Assembly: GCA_965217895.1 (NCBI GenBank)
Contig: CBDCJV010000002.1
Location: 2,176,001-2,240,000, forward strand
DNA from: Waterburya sp.
GTDB taxonomy: Bacteria; Cyanobacteriota; Cyanobacteriia; Cyanobacteriales; Xenococcaceae
Length of the DNA: 64,000 bases
Direction: 5' to 3'
Position 1 is the stretch's first letter, and every line of letters starts with the position of its first letter. The position numbers were made by a program, and so were the translations under genes. Under the pieces are notes generated by a model that saw nothing but the letters and a program-made list of their open reading frames with translations, was not told the origin of the DNA and searched no databases. Shown in pieces: positions 1 to 8,290 of this stretch.

Positions 1-2
1 CC

Positions 3-287
3 GTTAAAGAAGGCTGGGGATTAGTATTATTAGAAGCGATCGCTTCAGGATTGCCCATAATTACCTCTAATATTCCTCCTTTTACCGAATTTTTGGACGA
101 TGAATCAGCCTTACTTGTAGATCCCAATTCAAGTAAAAATATGGCGATCGCCATGCTTGATATATTAAATAAAAACCTAACTCAAAAACTAATTAGCAAC
201 AGCGCAAATATCCCCTCTCAATACTCCTGGCAAAAATCGGCACAAATGCACCTAAAACATTACTCACAACTGTTACAAAATCATTAA
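3..287 (+). CDS. GT4 glycosyltransferase, 3' end only (MSMEG_0565-like)
   Basis: Frame is open from the window edge: VKEGWGLVLLEAIASGLPIITSN is the GT4 EX7E motif. It lies next to an MSMEG_0570-like gene. Confidence 0.8.
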   Translation, partial: VKEGWGLVLLEAIASGLPIITSNIPPFTEFLDDESALLVDPNSSKNMAIAMLDILNKNLTQKLISNSANIPSQYSWQKSAQMHLKHYSQLLQNH

Positions 288-321
288 CCTTTTTACTTTT
301 TACTTCTTACTTTTTTAAACC

Positions 322-609
322 ATGCCTGAAATCAACTTTCAAATACAATGGCCAGACGGTACACAGCAAAGCTGTTATTCTCCTTCTTTGGTGGTAAAAC
401 AATACTTTACTCCTGGAGAAGAATACCAATTGACAGAGTTTGTGGAAAAATCCCGTATTGCCCTTAACATTGCCAGCGATCGCGTTAAAGAGGCTTATGG
501 TTTTCCCTGTAGTCGAGCGTTAGGGCAACTACAGCAAATAGAATCTAAAGCATCTGAATATCAAAAGCTATCCGAAGCAAAAGTGCTGTTTGTAGATTTT
601 GAGGGATAG
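322..609 (+). CDS. MSMEG_0570 family nitrogen-starvation response protein
   Basis: MPEINFQIQWPDG...CYSPSLVV...ASDRVKEAYGFPCSRA family signature. Confidence 0.85.
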   Translation: MPEINFQIQWPDGTQQSCYSPSLVVKQYFTPGEEYQLTEFVEKSRIALNIASDRVKEAYGFPCSRALGQLQQIESKASEYQKLSEAKVLFVDFEG

Positions 610-625
610 TAGCGATAAATTTCGC

Positions 626-1456
626 TCAAGGCAGAGATTGAATATAATCAACTTCTTCTTGCCAATAGGAGGGGAGGCTGTTCCAAGGATCGCCATCACT
701 ATCTGTAGGGCTATCATCTGTAACGTAAATATAGCCAAAGTTACGCTTTACAGCCAGATCGATGTAGCTTTTCATGGTGGCAGCATCGGGTACAGAATGA
801 ATCAAGCTAGCAAAATGCTTACTGTTAATTTGGTCTACATAAGCTGGTGGTTTGTATCCTATCCAAGCTTGAAAAAAGTCTTCAAAGATAACTGCTGTAT
901 CTGCTGCGGGACGAGTCAGATAAGCGCGATCGGTATGTGTACCTGGATTAATTACTACTTGGTTTTGATTGCCTTTGGCTTTTATATAGTGATAAATCTG
1001 CTGATAATAAGCAATTTGCTGGACATGACTAGCACTTTCATCGAGAAAAATTCCTTTAACGCCAAAATGAGCATAGTAAAGATCGATATCTCTTTTTACT
1101 TCTGCCAAAGGGCGATCGCCATATTTAGTATAGACATAGCCCAAAATGGTAATATTTGCCTGTTTTAAATCTTTCAAACCCCTGGCATAATCTTGGTTAG
1201 GCGGTTGACCATCAGGACCATTATTAGGATTGATAATTGCTACAATTGATACTTGCTTGGCTGCTGAAACTACATCTGACCAGACATAATTATCTGGCTC
1301 ATACCAGTTAGGGTAAATATAAAGCGGTAAGAGAATTTTCAATGAGTTACTCTTTGCTGCTTGAGAATTACAGGATAGAACCAGAAAAATAATTATAATA
1401 GCAATTAAAAGCTGGCTTAATTTGGATTTGTTTTTGCTAAATGGTAATTCAATCAT
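626..1456 (-). CDS. Spherulation-specific family 4 / Sph3-like glycoside hydrolase (GH135), probable lipoprotein
   Basis: LPLYIYP, IINPNNGP, LGYVYT, GIFLDE, INPG and NPW-like DPWNSLPSYW motifs; lipobox LVLSC. Confidence 0.8.
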   Translation of the reverse strand: MIELPFSKNKSKLSQLLIAIIIIFLVLSCNSQAAKSNSLKILLPLYIYPNWYEPDNYVWSDVVSAAKQVSIVAIINPNNGPDGQPPNQDYARGLKDLKQANITILGYVYTKYGDRPLAEVKRDIDLYYAHFGVKGIFLDESASHVQQIAYYQQIYHYIKAKGNQNQVVINPGTHTDRAYLTRPAADTAVIFEDFFQAWIGYKPPAYVDQINSKHFASLIHSVPDAATMKSYIDLAVKRNFGYIYVTDDSPTDSDGDPWNSLPSYWQEEVDYIQSLP

Positions 1457-1466
1457 GATTAATTAA

Positions 1467-1528
1467 GGTGGGCAATAATTTATTTTTAAATACTTGATTA
1501 AGAGAAAAATAAAGTTTGCCCACCCTAC
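1467..1528. repeat. REP-like inverted repeat GGTGGGCAA...TTGCCCACCCTAC
   Basis: Arms at 1467-1475 and 1516-1524, ending in CTAC; same arms as at 27243-27302. Confidence 0.7.
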
Positions 1529-1564
1529 ACCTTAATAAAAATTTCACTTGATACTTGCTACTTA

Positions 1565-3106
1565 TCAATACCCACCGAGGTAATAAGCATAATCAGGATT
1601 ATCAATCGCCTGGAGAATCTTACGTCGAGAAAGCAAGAAAAAGACAGTTGAACCTATGACCAAACCAAGTACTGCCCATTCTGGCGCGATCGCCTTGGCT
1701 GCAATATAGCCTACGACCAAATTAACAATGAGACTGGGAAACAGCGCGGAGATAGCTGCAAAGGCAATATTGAGATTAAATAAAATCACTGCATTTAATA
1801 AACCCAATACTAATAAAAAATATCCTAAGCAACCCATCAGAGTTAAAGCAGGATTAACAGTTGCCCAAGGCTTAGGAGTAGGGATACCAACGGTAAAGTA
1901 AACCAGTAAAACAAAGAAAAGTAGAATAATGGCAATCAAAAGTAAATAGCCTTGATGTAACTTTTGAGATAAAGCAGCCATGTTTTCAAATGTCCTTACC
2001 TTTGCCTGTTTATACCAATAGTTGATGAGCTTGTAAGCCAAATATTCACTCAGGGGTACAGCTAAGAGGAAATTAAGTAAAGCCAAATCCATTGCTCGTT
2101 GATATGCCGAATCTATGGCGAAAATTAGTCCCGAAGCAGCATCTACTGACCAACCTGCCACCAGGCGATCTGCGAAAATAAAGCAAAAATAAACAATTCC
2201 ATAACCGAAAAAAGGAGCGAGTAAATAGACGCTTGCACTAAGGCTAGGTAATTCAACTTCTCCATCGGTAGGATAGGCAAACTGTTGTTTCTTGAATAAG
2301 ATAGCAACGGCGATCGCCAAAAGAATTAGAGTCAAAAAGATGGCGATAATTTGCGCCTCTAATGCCCCCATGCCTAACTGAAACTTGATACCCCAAAATA
2401 ATGCGGTTAAGCCAATCAAGGTCAAGGGCGTACCCCAAATTGAGAGTAAAGAAAGGATAGATAACAATATCCAAAGTAAACTTAAGACTAAATAATAGCT
2501 AGTTCCTAAAACCAGATATTCATCGGCAAACAAACCGCGATAGAAACCGAACCAGATGCTGATTACAGCCAATATAAAGCTAGTGAGCATTCCCAAGCCC
2601 AAAAGAGCCAGACAGGCTTTTCTTGCCTGTTGAGGTAAGCCTAAACCGAGATAAAATTCGCCTCTTCGAGCGATCGCCTGGACAAATCCGCCACTGGTAA
2701 TTAGACTTGCTAAAGTAGCTAAGGTAAACAAGGCAGCTAATTGAGGCGGGATAAACTTCCAGGTATTGCCAGAGTCTACATTGCCTAAGACCAAAAGAGA
2801 AATTAGAGGAATAGCATAAACAAAGCTACGGGAAAATTGTTCGACAAAAGCATATAGTTCCTTGGTTATCCTGGCTTGACCACTAAAAGCTGGCGGAGTT
2901 TTGGGTTTTAGGACACGAGGATTATTACGCTCAAAAATATACTGCCCAATTTCTAAAACATCGGCAAAGCCAAACTCTTGTTCAATAATGCGATCCGTGT
3001 AGCCCAAAGATTCAACAATCGCCATTGTTTGCCAACGATCGACTAGCCTAGGACTAACGGTTTCTACCTGTGCGATTAATTCTAAAAGTTTTTGTTCAGG
3101 GGACAT
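1565..3106 (-). CDS. Polytopic membrane protein, putative exopolysaccharide exporter (PelG-like role)
   Basis: Many hydrophobic helices; directly downstream of the PelF-like GT. Function inferred from context. Confidence 0.6.
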   Translation of the reverse strand: MSPEQKLLELIAQVETVSPRLVDRWQTMAIVESLGYTDRIIEQEFGFADVLEIGQYIFERNNPRVLKPKTPPAFSGQARITKELYAFVEQFSRSFVYAIPLISLLVLGNVDSGNTWKFIPPQLAALFTLATLASLITSGGFVQAIARRGEFYLGLGLPQQARKACLALLGLGMLTSFILAVISIWFGFYRGLFADEYLVLGTSYYLVLSLLWILLSILSLLSIWGTPLTLIGLTALFWGIKFQLGMGALEAQIIAIFLTLILLAIAVAILFKKQQFAYPTDGEVELPSLSASVYLLAPFFGYGIVYFCFIFADRLVAGWSVDAASGLIFAIDSAYQRAMDLALLNFLLAVPLSEYLAYKLINYWYKQAKVRTFENMAALSQKLHQGYLLLIAIILLFFVLLVYFTVGIPTPKPWATVNPALTLMGCLGYFLLVLGLLNAVILFNLNIAFAAISALFPSLIVNLVVGYIAAKAIAPEWAVLGLVIGSTVFFLLSRRKILQAIDNPDYAYYLGGY

Positions 3107-3112
3107 ATATAG

Positions 3113-3140
3113 GTAGGGGCTAACGGCCGTTAGCCCTTAC
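3113..3140. repeat. GTAG...TAC REP-like palindrome
   Basis: gtaggggctaacggccgttagcccttac is a near-perfect palindrome in the intergenic gap. Confidence 0.75.
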
Positions 3141-3153
3141 AGGCAATAAATAA

Positions 3154-4626
3154 TTACCTGTTTTTTAGTAATTGGTAATAAGTATCCAAATGTTCAGATA
3201 AAAATGTTTTTTGCGTAAATAATTTTAGGGAACGATCCAAAGCCCGTTTGCCGTATTGCGATCGCTTTTCAGGAGATAGCAACAATAGTTTCAAGACCGC
3301 TTCTGCCATTTGTTCTGGGCGACCAGCCCGCACCATCAAGCCCGTATCGGCGATCGCCTCTCGCACTCCGCCTACATCCGTAGAGACGATAGTTGCCCCC
3401 GAAAGCATAGCCTCGATAATGGCGAAAGGAAAGCCTTCGGAAATACTAGAAGAAACGACTACATCCGCCTCGCTATATGCTCGCCAGGGTTCACTAGTAA
3501 AACCAGCAAAGTTAATGGTTTCCTCCAGGTTGTGTTCCCGCACAAGTTTTTGACACTGGGCAAAATAATTTTCGTCACTAGCTTTGCCATAGAAGCGAAA
3601 TTCTACATCAGGGATCTTATCCCGCACCGTCACCGCAGCTTGAATTAAGTCTAGTTGACCTTTAAGCGGAAAGATCAAGCCCATATTCATTACTTGAGGG
3701 CGTGCTTTTGTAATCGGTGGGGTAGGATGAAATTTCTCTGGATCTGCACCGTTATAAATAACCTTTATCTTCTCAGAAGGTACACCCCACCAGCGTTCCC
3801 AACGAGCATTATATTCACAGACGGGTGCCACAAGATCGGCAAAGTAAAAGTTGAGTTTAACCACTGCACCCATCAGACGATATAAAAACTTACGCACAAA
3901 TAAAGAAGGAATACTTTGATTTAGATTTAAATATTGCTCGCGAATGTTAATCCCGTGTTCGGTGAGTAAATAGGGAGTTCCTCGTTGCAGTTTGGCAATG
4001 ATGCAGGGGAGTCCACAAAAAGCTGCTGCTGAAGAATGGGTAATGTCGGTTTTGGGGACAGGTACGTGGATAGTAATTAAAAATCGATACAGTAAGCGCA
4101 TGGCTTCAGTTAATTCAGCCAGGGTAACCTCTGCTAAATCTGCTTCTTGCTGACAATAATCCCATGCCAAATTCTTAAAGCACGACCATACTAAAGCTGA
4201 GTTCATGGTTTGATGATAGTCATAGCGCAGAAAGTATTCATGAAGGGCTAAAAGTAACAAACCAAAAGATTCTGCTTCAATTTCAGCAAGTAATACTGTC
4301 CTAAGAAAAGATTCGAAAAAAGTCAGGAACTTAGTTTGAATTAGCTTCGTACTTACCGCTTTCTTGCTTTTAAGTGCCTCAGAAAAAGGCGATCGCCAGC
4401 TATATTCAACAGGATCTTCTGTTCCCCACAGAGGGATTTTTAAAACTTCTAAAACATTGGCAGATAAATCATAGTGTTGTTTTTGATATGGGTTAGCCAC
4501 AACAGCCAGCAGCTTAAAATCTATTTCTGGTAGCTGTTGAGTTAAAACATGACACCAGGTACTGACTCCCCCCTTAGCAAAAGGATAAGTTCCCTCCGTT
4601 GTCAGCAGTACACAAGGTCTAGCCAA
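3154..4626 (-). CDS. pelF: GT4 glycosyltransferase, PelF family (DUF3492 + Glycos_transf_1)
   Basis: N-terminal LTTEGTYPFAKGGVSTW, LTEHGI, and C-terminal SISEGFPFAIIEAM. Confidence 0.85.
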   Translation of the reverse strand: MARPCVLLTTEGTYPFAKGGVSTWCHVLTQQLPEIDFKLLAVVANPYQKQHYDLSANVLEVLKIPLWGTEDPVEYSWRSPFSEALKSKKAVSTKLIQTKFLTFFESFLRTVLLAEIEAESFGLLLLALHEYFLRYDYHQTMNSALVWSCFKNLAWDYCQQEADLAEVTLAELTEAMRLLYRFLITIHVPVPKTDITHSSAAAFCGLPCIIAKLQRGTPYLLTEHGINIREQYLNLNQSIPSLFVRKFLYRLMGAVVKLNFYFADLVAPVCEYNARWERWWGVPSEKIKVIYNGADPEKFHPTPPITKARPQVMNMGLIFPLKGQLDLIQAAVTVRDKIPDVEFRFYGKASDENYFAQCQKLVREHNLEETINFAGFTSEPWRAYSEADVVVSSSISEGFPFAIIEAMLSGATIVSTDVGGVREAIADTGLMVRAGRPEQMAEAVLKLLLLSPEKRSQYGKRALDRSLKLFTQKTFLSEHLDTYYQLLKNR

Positions 4627-4798
4627 TTTTAATTACCTCCAACAACCTTAGCTACAAATTTTTCTCCCAGTCCCCTAGTCCCCCAGTCAGTCATTTGTAG
4701 CCAACATAAATAGAAACGGTATAATTCCAGTCTTTGTCTGGTATAGGATTCACAGTTGCGATCTTACCCGCAAATTTCTGTGCCGTCACTCTTGTTCT

Positions 4799-4889
4799 GA
4801 CGTTGCTGATTTAAAGTATGAAACTGAAAATGATACTGTTCGTAGCTCTTAGCTTTTAATTGACTGTCATACTCCGATTCAGCAACGCC
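4799..4889. mobile_element. MITE-like element, copy A
   Basis: Imperfect terminal inverted repeats cgttgctgatttaaagtatga / tcatactccgattcagcaacg; homologous, in inverted orientation, to 50269-50398. Confidence 0.65.
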
Positions 4890-4956
4890 CTTCTTTTTTT
4901 TTATCTATTGTGGGAGATGCTGACAACATTGGAGGCTATATGCAAATAATTCAAGC

Positions 4957-6252
4957 TTAAATCAAGCCACTGCTGGGGGGTTTAAAAGATTCTCCAGAAC
5001 TTTTATTTTCAGAAGAATTAAATTTGACAGACTTGGAAGAAAAAATGTTTTTCTGTCTCACAATATTTTGATAAGAACTAGAAATAGACTTTAACCAAGA
5101 TATACGAGAAGGAATAGGAGCGCGAGCAGGTTTTAATCCTTGCAGTACATCCGCTAGCTGCAACCCTTCTAAAGGCTTAGCTTCCTTGATTTTGTGCCAC
5201 ACAGAACGAGACATCAACAAAGTATGCTCGACAGAAATTGCGCCTATTTTATTAAAGTATTCTTCTCTTTCTGGTTGATAGTCAGCAGAGACTATTTCTA
5301 ACGGTTGAGCATAAAATTGGTTTTCAGGAGCCAAACCCTGTTTTCGCTCCACAGATTTCTGAACTATTTGCGCCATTTGCGCCGTCAGCTTCGGATACAG
5401 CCAGGTATAGGCAGGGTTGACGGTTAACTGCGCTCGATGAGGACGAGAACCATCTTTAGAGGATTCTAGTCGAAAATAGCCAATTGCTGCTTTTCTTTGT
5501 GGTTCAAAAACATACCCACTAACTACATCGGTGCCGTTGAGCCAATGTCGAATCTGACTAACTGCACTTTGAACTATGCTGCTTTTAAAATCTTCTGCGT
5601 GGCGGTCAAAAACTTGCCGTAGCAAAGGTGGCATAGAAACACAATCTAGCTGATAAAGTAATGGTGCATCCGCATTACTTATAGGCAGAAAATTGGGTAA
5701 GTCTGGATTTTGCTGTGCCAATTGAGTAATTAATTCGGCTGATATTTGCCAGTAGGTCATTTGAGCTAAAGGCTGAAAACCATTTTCTCGATAAAGAGCT
5801 AAATGATTTTTTTCATTCACGTTTACCTCTAGCATCCATGTCCTTGCTTCCCAAATATTTTGCAGACAGTGACGCAATAACTGCGAACCAATTTCTTTTT
5901 GGGTTTTAAGTAACTCCACTTCAGACGAGTTGCTATTGAGCAATACTCTTTCTACTCTCCAGGTGCTACGAGTGCTGTTGAGAGAAGCAACCTGGATTAA
6001 ACCTAAAACTTCTTCTAGATATTGAGCTACATATACTCGCCAACCATGATAATAAGAACGAGGTAAAAGACTCAAAAACCTTTTTAGTCCGTACCAAGAA
6101 CCTACTTGTTCTAGTTCCCTATCGATAGTTATAAGACGTTTGGAGGTTTCTTTGGCAACACATTCGCTCACCAAAGCATTAATTGCATCCACGTCACGAT
6201 ATTGAAGAGGACGAACTGTTAGCTGTTCATTATTAGGTACGGATGAAGTCAT
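4957..6252 (-). CDS. GNAT family N-acetyltransferase
   Basis: VRPLQYRDVD start, IGSQLLRHC, and WMLEVN...ALYRENGF GNAT motif B. Confidence 0.8.
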   Translation of the reverse strand: MTSSVPNNEQLTVRPLQYRDVDAINALVSECVAKETSKRLITIDRELEQVGSWYGLKRFLSLLPRSYYHGWRVYVAQYLEEVLGLIQVASLNSTRSTWRVERVLLNSNSSEVELLKTQKEIGSQLLRHCLQNIWEARTWMLEVNVNEKNHLALYRENGFQPLAQMTYWQISAELITQLAQQNPDLPNFLPISNADAPLLYQLDCVSMPPLLRQVFDRHAEDFKSSIVQSAVSQIRHWLNGTDVVSGYVFEPQRKAAIGYFRLESSKDGSRPHRAQLTVNPAYTWLYPKLTAQMAQIVQKSVERKQGLAPENQFYAQPLEIVSADYQPEREEYFNKIGAISVEHTLLMSRSVWHKIKEAKPLEGLQLADVLQGLKPARAPIPSRISWLKSISSSYQNIVRQKNIFSSKSVKFNSSENKSSGESFKPPSSGLI

Positions 6253-6260
6253 GATCTTTT

Positions 6261-6536
6261 TTAATCAACCCTTTCTAACTGCCACAAAATTTGATTTCCT
6301 TCTCGTCTGACTCTAGATACAACCCAATTGCGCCATGACCAATGATCGCCTCTGCTAGTTACAGCACTGGCATTGATATCCATTAGGTCGGCAAGCTCGG
6401 AACTGCTGATGAGATAACCTTTACTAGCTATTTCTTCAGCGATTCTGAGGGTGTCAATTAAATCTCTTAATTGAGGTACTCTTTCCTCGCTTGATGTTCT
6501 GGTTTCTTCCATTGTACTGTTTGATAATTCAGTCAT
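6261..6536 (-). CDS. Hypothetical protein, probably conserved in cyanobacteria
   Basis: 91-aa ORF ending 8 bp before the GNAT start; ELADLMDINASAVTSRG...WRNW. Confidence 0.7.
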   Translation of the reverse strand: MTELSNSTMEETRTSSEERVPQLRDLIDTLRIAEEIASKGYLISSSELADLMDINASAVTSRGDHWSWRNWVVSRVRREGNQILWQLERVD

Positions 6537-6636
6537 AGCTAGCTAGATTTAAAATATCTAATGATTAGTTCTGAAGATGAAAGTACATCTTACGGATAAT
6601 AAAGTGTATCCCATAACTTGATTACCGTCATCTTAG

Positions 6637-8106
6637 CTAATTTGAACGAGAGTTATCTGCTACTAGGTTAATATATCTTGAACGTGCTGGTTGAAAATCG
6701 GGCTTGATTTCTAAAGATTTTTCATAGCTGACAATTGCTTCTGTCCAATATTCTAATTGTTCTAATCCGCAACCGCGATTGTACCAAAACAAATGATTGG
6801 CTGGCATGAGCTTGAGAGCGTTGTTCCAGCTCATTATGGCTTCTGTCCAATTTTCTAGTTGATATAAAGCATGAGCGCGATCGTTCCAAGCCTGATAATT
6901 ATTAGGATCGATAGTTAAAGCATTTTGAAAAGATTTTACCGCCAACTCATAGTCGCCTAAACGACCTAAGGCACTGCCACGATTGTGCCAAGCTTCTGAC
7001 AAATTGGGGTTTATTTGTAAAGCCTTTTCCCAGGAAGCGATCGCTTTGGTGAATTCTCCTGCACTAACCTGCTTTAGTCCCAAATTAAACCAGCTTTCGA
7101 TTAGATCTATACTAGTGGAATCCAAATCATTGGTTTGTATCGTCTGGGACTGCTCTAACGTTAAGTTGTCCAACTTTACAGGAGAAATATTTAGCTTTTG
7201 AGATATTTGCTGTGCCAATTCTTTGTCTTTTTGAATTAAGCTGATTAGCTGCTGTATATCAATAGCTTCAGCCTCGTCCTCTTTTTGAGGTTCGACAATT
7301 GATGATAAATTGGAGTCTGTTGAGCTTAAATCTAAAGATTTGTTTTCAGATGTATTTGATTTTGCCTCAGTAATAGATTCTGTTTCTTCTTGAGGATCTA
7401 GTTCTTCAGATAAATCCCTAGACTCAGTTAATTCAAATTCGTCCCTTGATAAAGGTATTTCATCTGAAGTTGAGAAATTATAAACAGAAACAGTCGGGGT
7501 AGAATTTTCTTCTAAACTTTCTGTAATATCTGCTGTTAGATTGTCTGCTTCTACAGATGAATTTGATTCTCTAGGAATAGATAAACCTAGTGCCGTAAAA
7601 TCAGTAGGTAATCGGTTAGATAGTTCTTGCTCTGTTTCTACTTCAGAGTCGTCGTTTGTTAAATCAGAACCAACATATTCCCAAATAACATCTTCTGTAT
7701 TGCCAAACAATAATTCTCTGCCAATGTGGTTAGAGATCGTGCCAATCTGCTTGACTTCTGGGGCAGATTGAGTCAGTTCGCCAAGGCGAATCATCATTGT
7801 TCCCAATTGACGCTTAGACTCGATTGGCAGAGTCAATACTCTAGTTCGTAAACGCTCTAGCCAAATAACCCAATCTTCTTGGTTACCGCGATCGCCTAAT
7901 TGGTTAAAAAATTTAACAATTCTGTGATCGTGCCAGCCATGAGCAATTCCTTCTAATAGTTGATTAAATAAAAATTCATAATCAGCATCCGCCAGAGAAG
8001 ATATAGGTGTCTTATCTTCAGGCTTTGGCGAGTCTTGGCTAGTCTCCGAAGCCTTAGAGTTTGGCTGTTGATTGTTTTGTTGGAGTTGTCCGATCGTATG
8101 ACTCAT
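6637..8106 (-). CDS. TPR repeat protein with acidic linker
   Basis: C-terminal TPRs (AWHNRGSALGRLGDYELA, AWNDRAHALYQL, FWYNRGCGLEQL). Confidence 0.85.
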   Translation of the reverse strand: MSHTIGQLQQNNQQPNSKASETSQDSPKPEDKTPISSLADADYEFLFNQLLEGIAHGWHDHRIVKFFNQLGDRGNQEDWVIWLERLRTRVLTLPIESKRQLGTMMIRLGELTQSAPEVKQIGTISNHIGRELLFGNTEDVIWEYVGSDLTNDDSEVETEQELSNRLPTDFTALGLSIPRESNSSVEADNLTADITESLEENSTPTVSVYNFSTSDEIPLSRDEFELTESRDLSEELDPQEETESITEAKSNTSENKSLDLSSTDSNLSSIVEPQKEDEAEAIDIQQLISLIQKDKELAQQISQKLNISPVKLDNLTLEQSQTIQTNDLDSTSIDLIESWFNLGLKQVSAGEFTKAIASWEKALQINPNLSEAWHNRGSALGRLGDYELAVKSFQNALTIDPNNYQAWNDRAHALYQLENWTEAIMSWNNALKLMPANHLFWYNRGCGLEQLEYWTEAIVSYEKSLEIKPDFQPARSRYINLVADNSRSN

Positions 8107-8290
8107 TACCTTAGATCAAATATACTGATTTCAAGAGTTAACATCACCCTGCGATGAAGCCAAACTAATTTCATTTAAAGTTAACAGTTCTTTAACAGAA
8201 CGGCATTGCTTTGAGCCAGCTAAATATTGCTCAACTGTACAAAGATAATTTTCTAGTAACTAGTGGAAAGCCAAAAAATCCACATATAAT

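Noticed and set aside
599..1168. 189-aa + strand ORF
   Set aside because: Antisense shadow of the GH135 gene with no recognisable motifs. The same applies to the other short antisense ORFs in the track (e.g. 3248, 3310, 25790, 27918, 44711).
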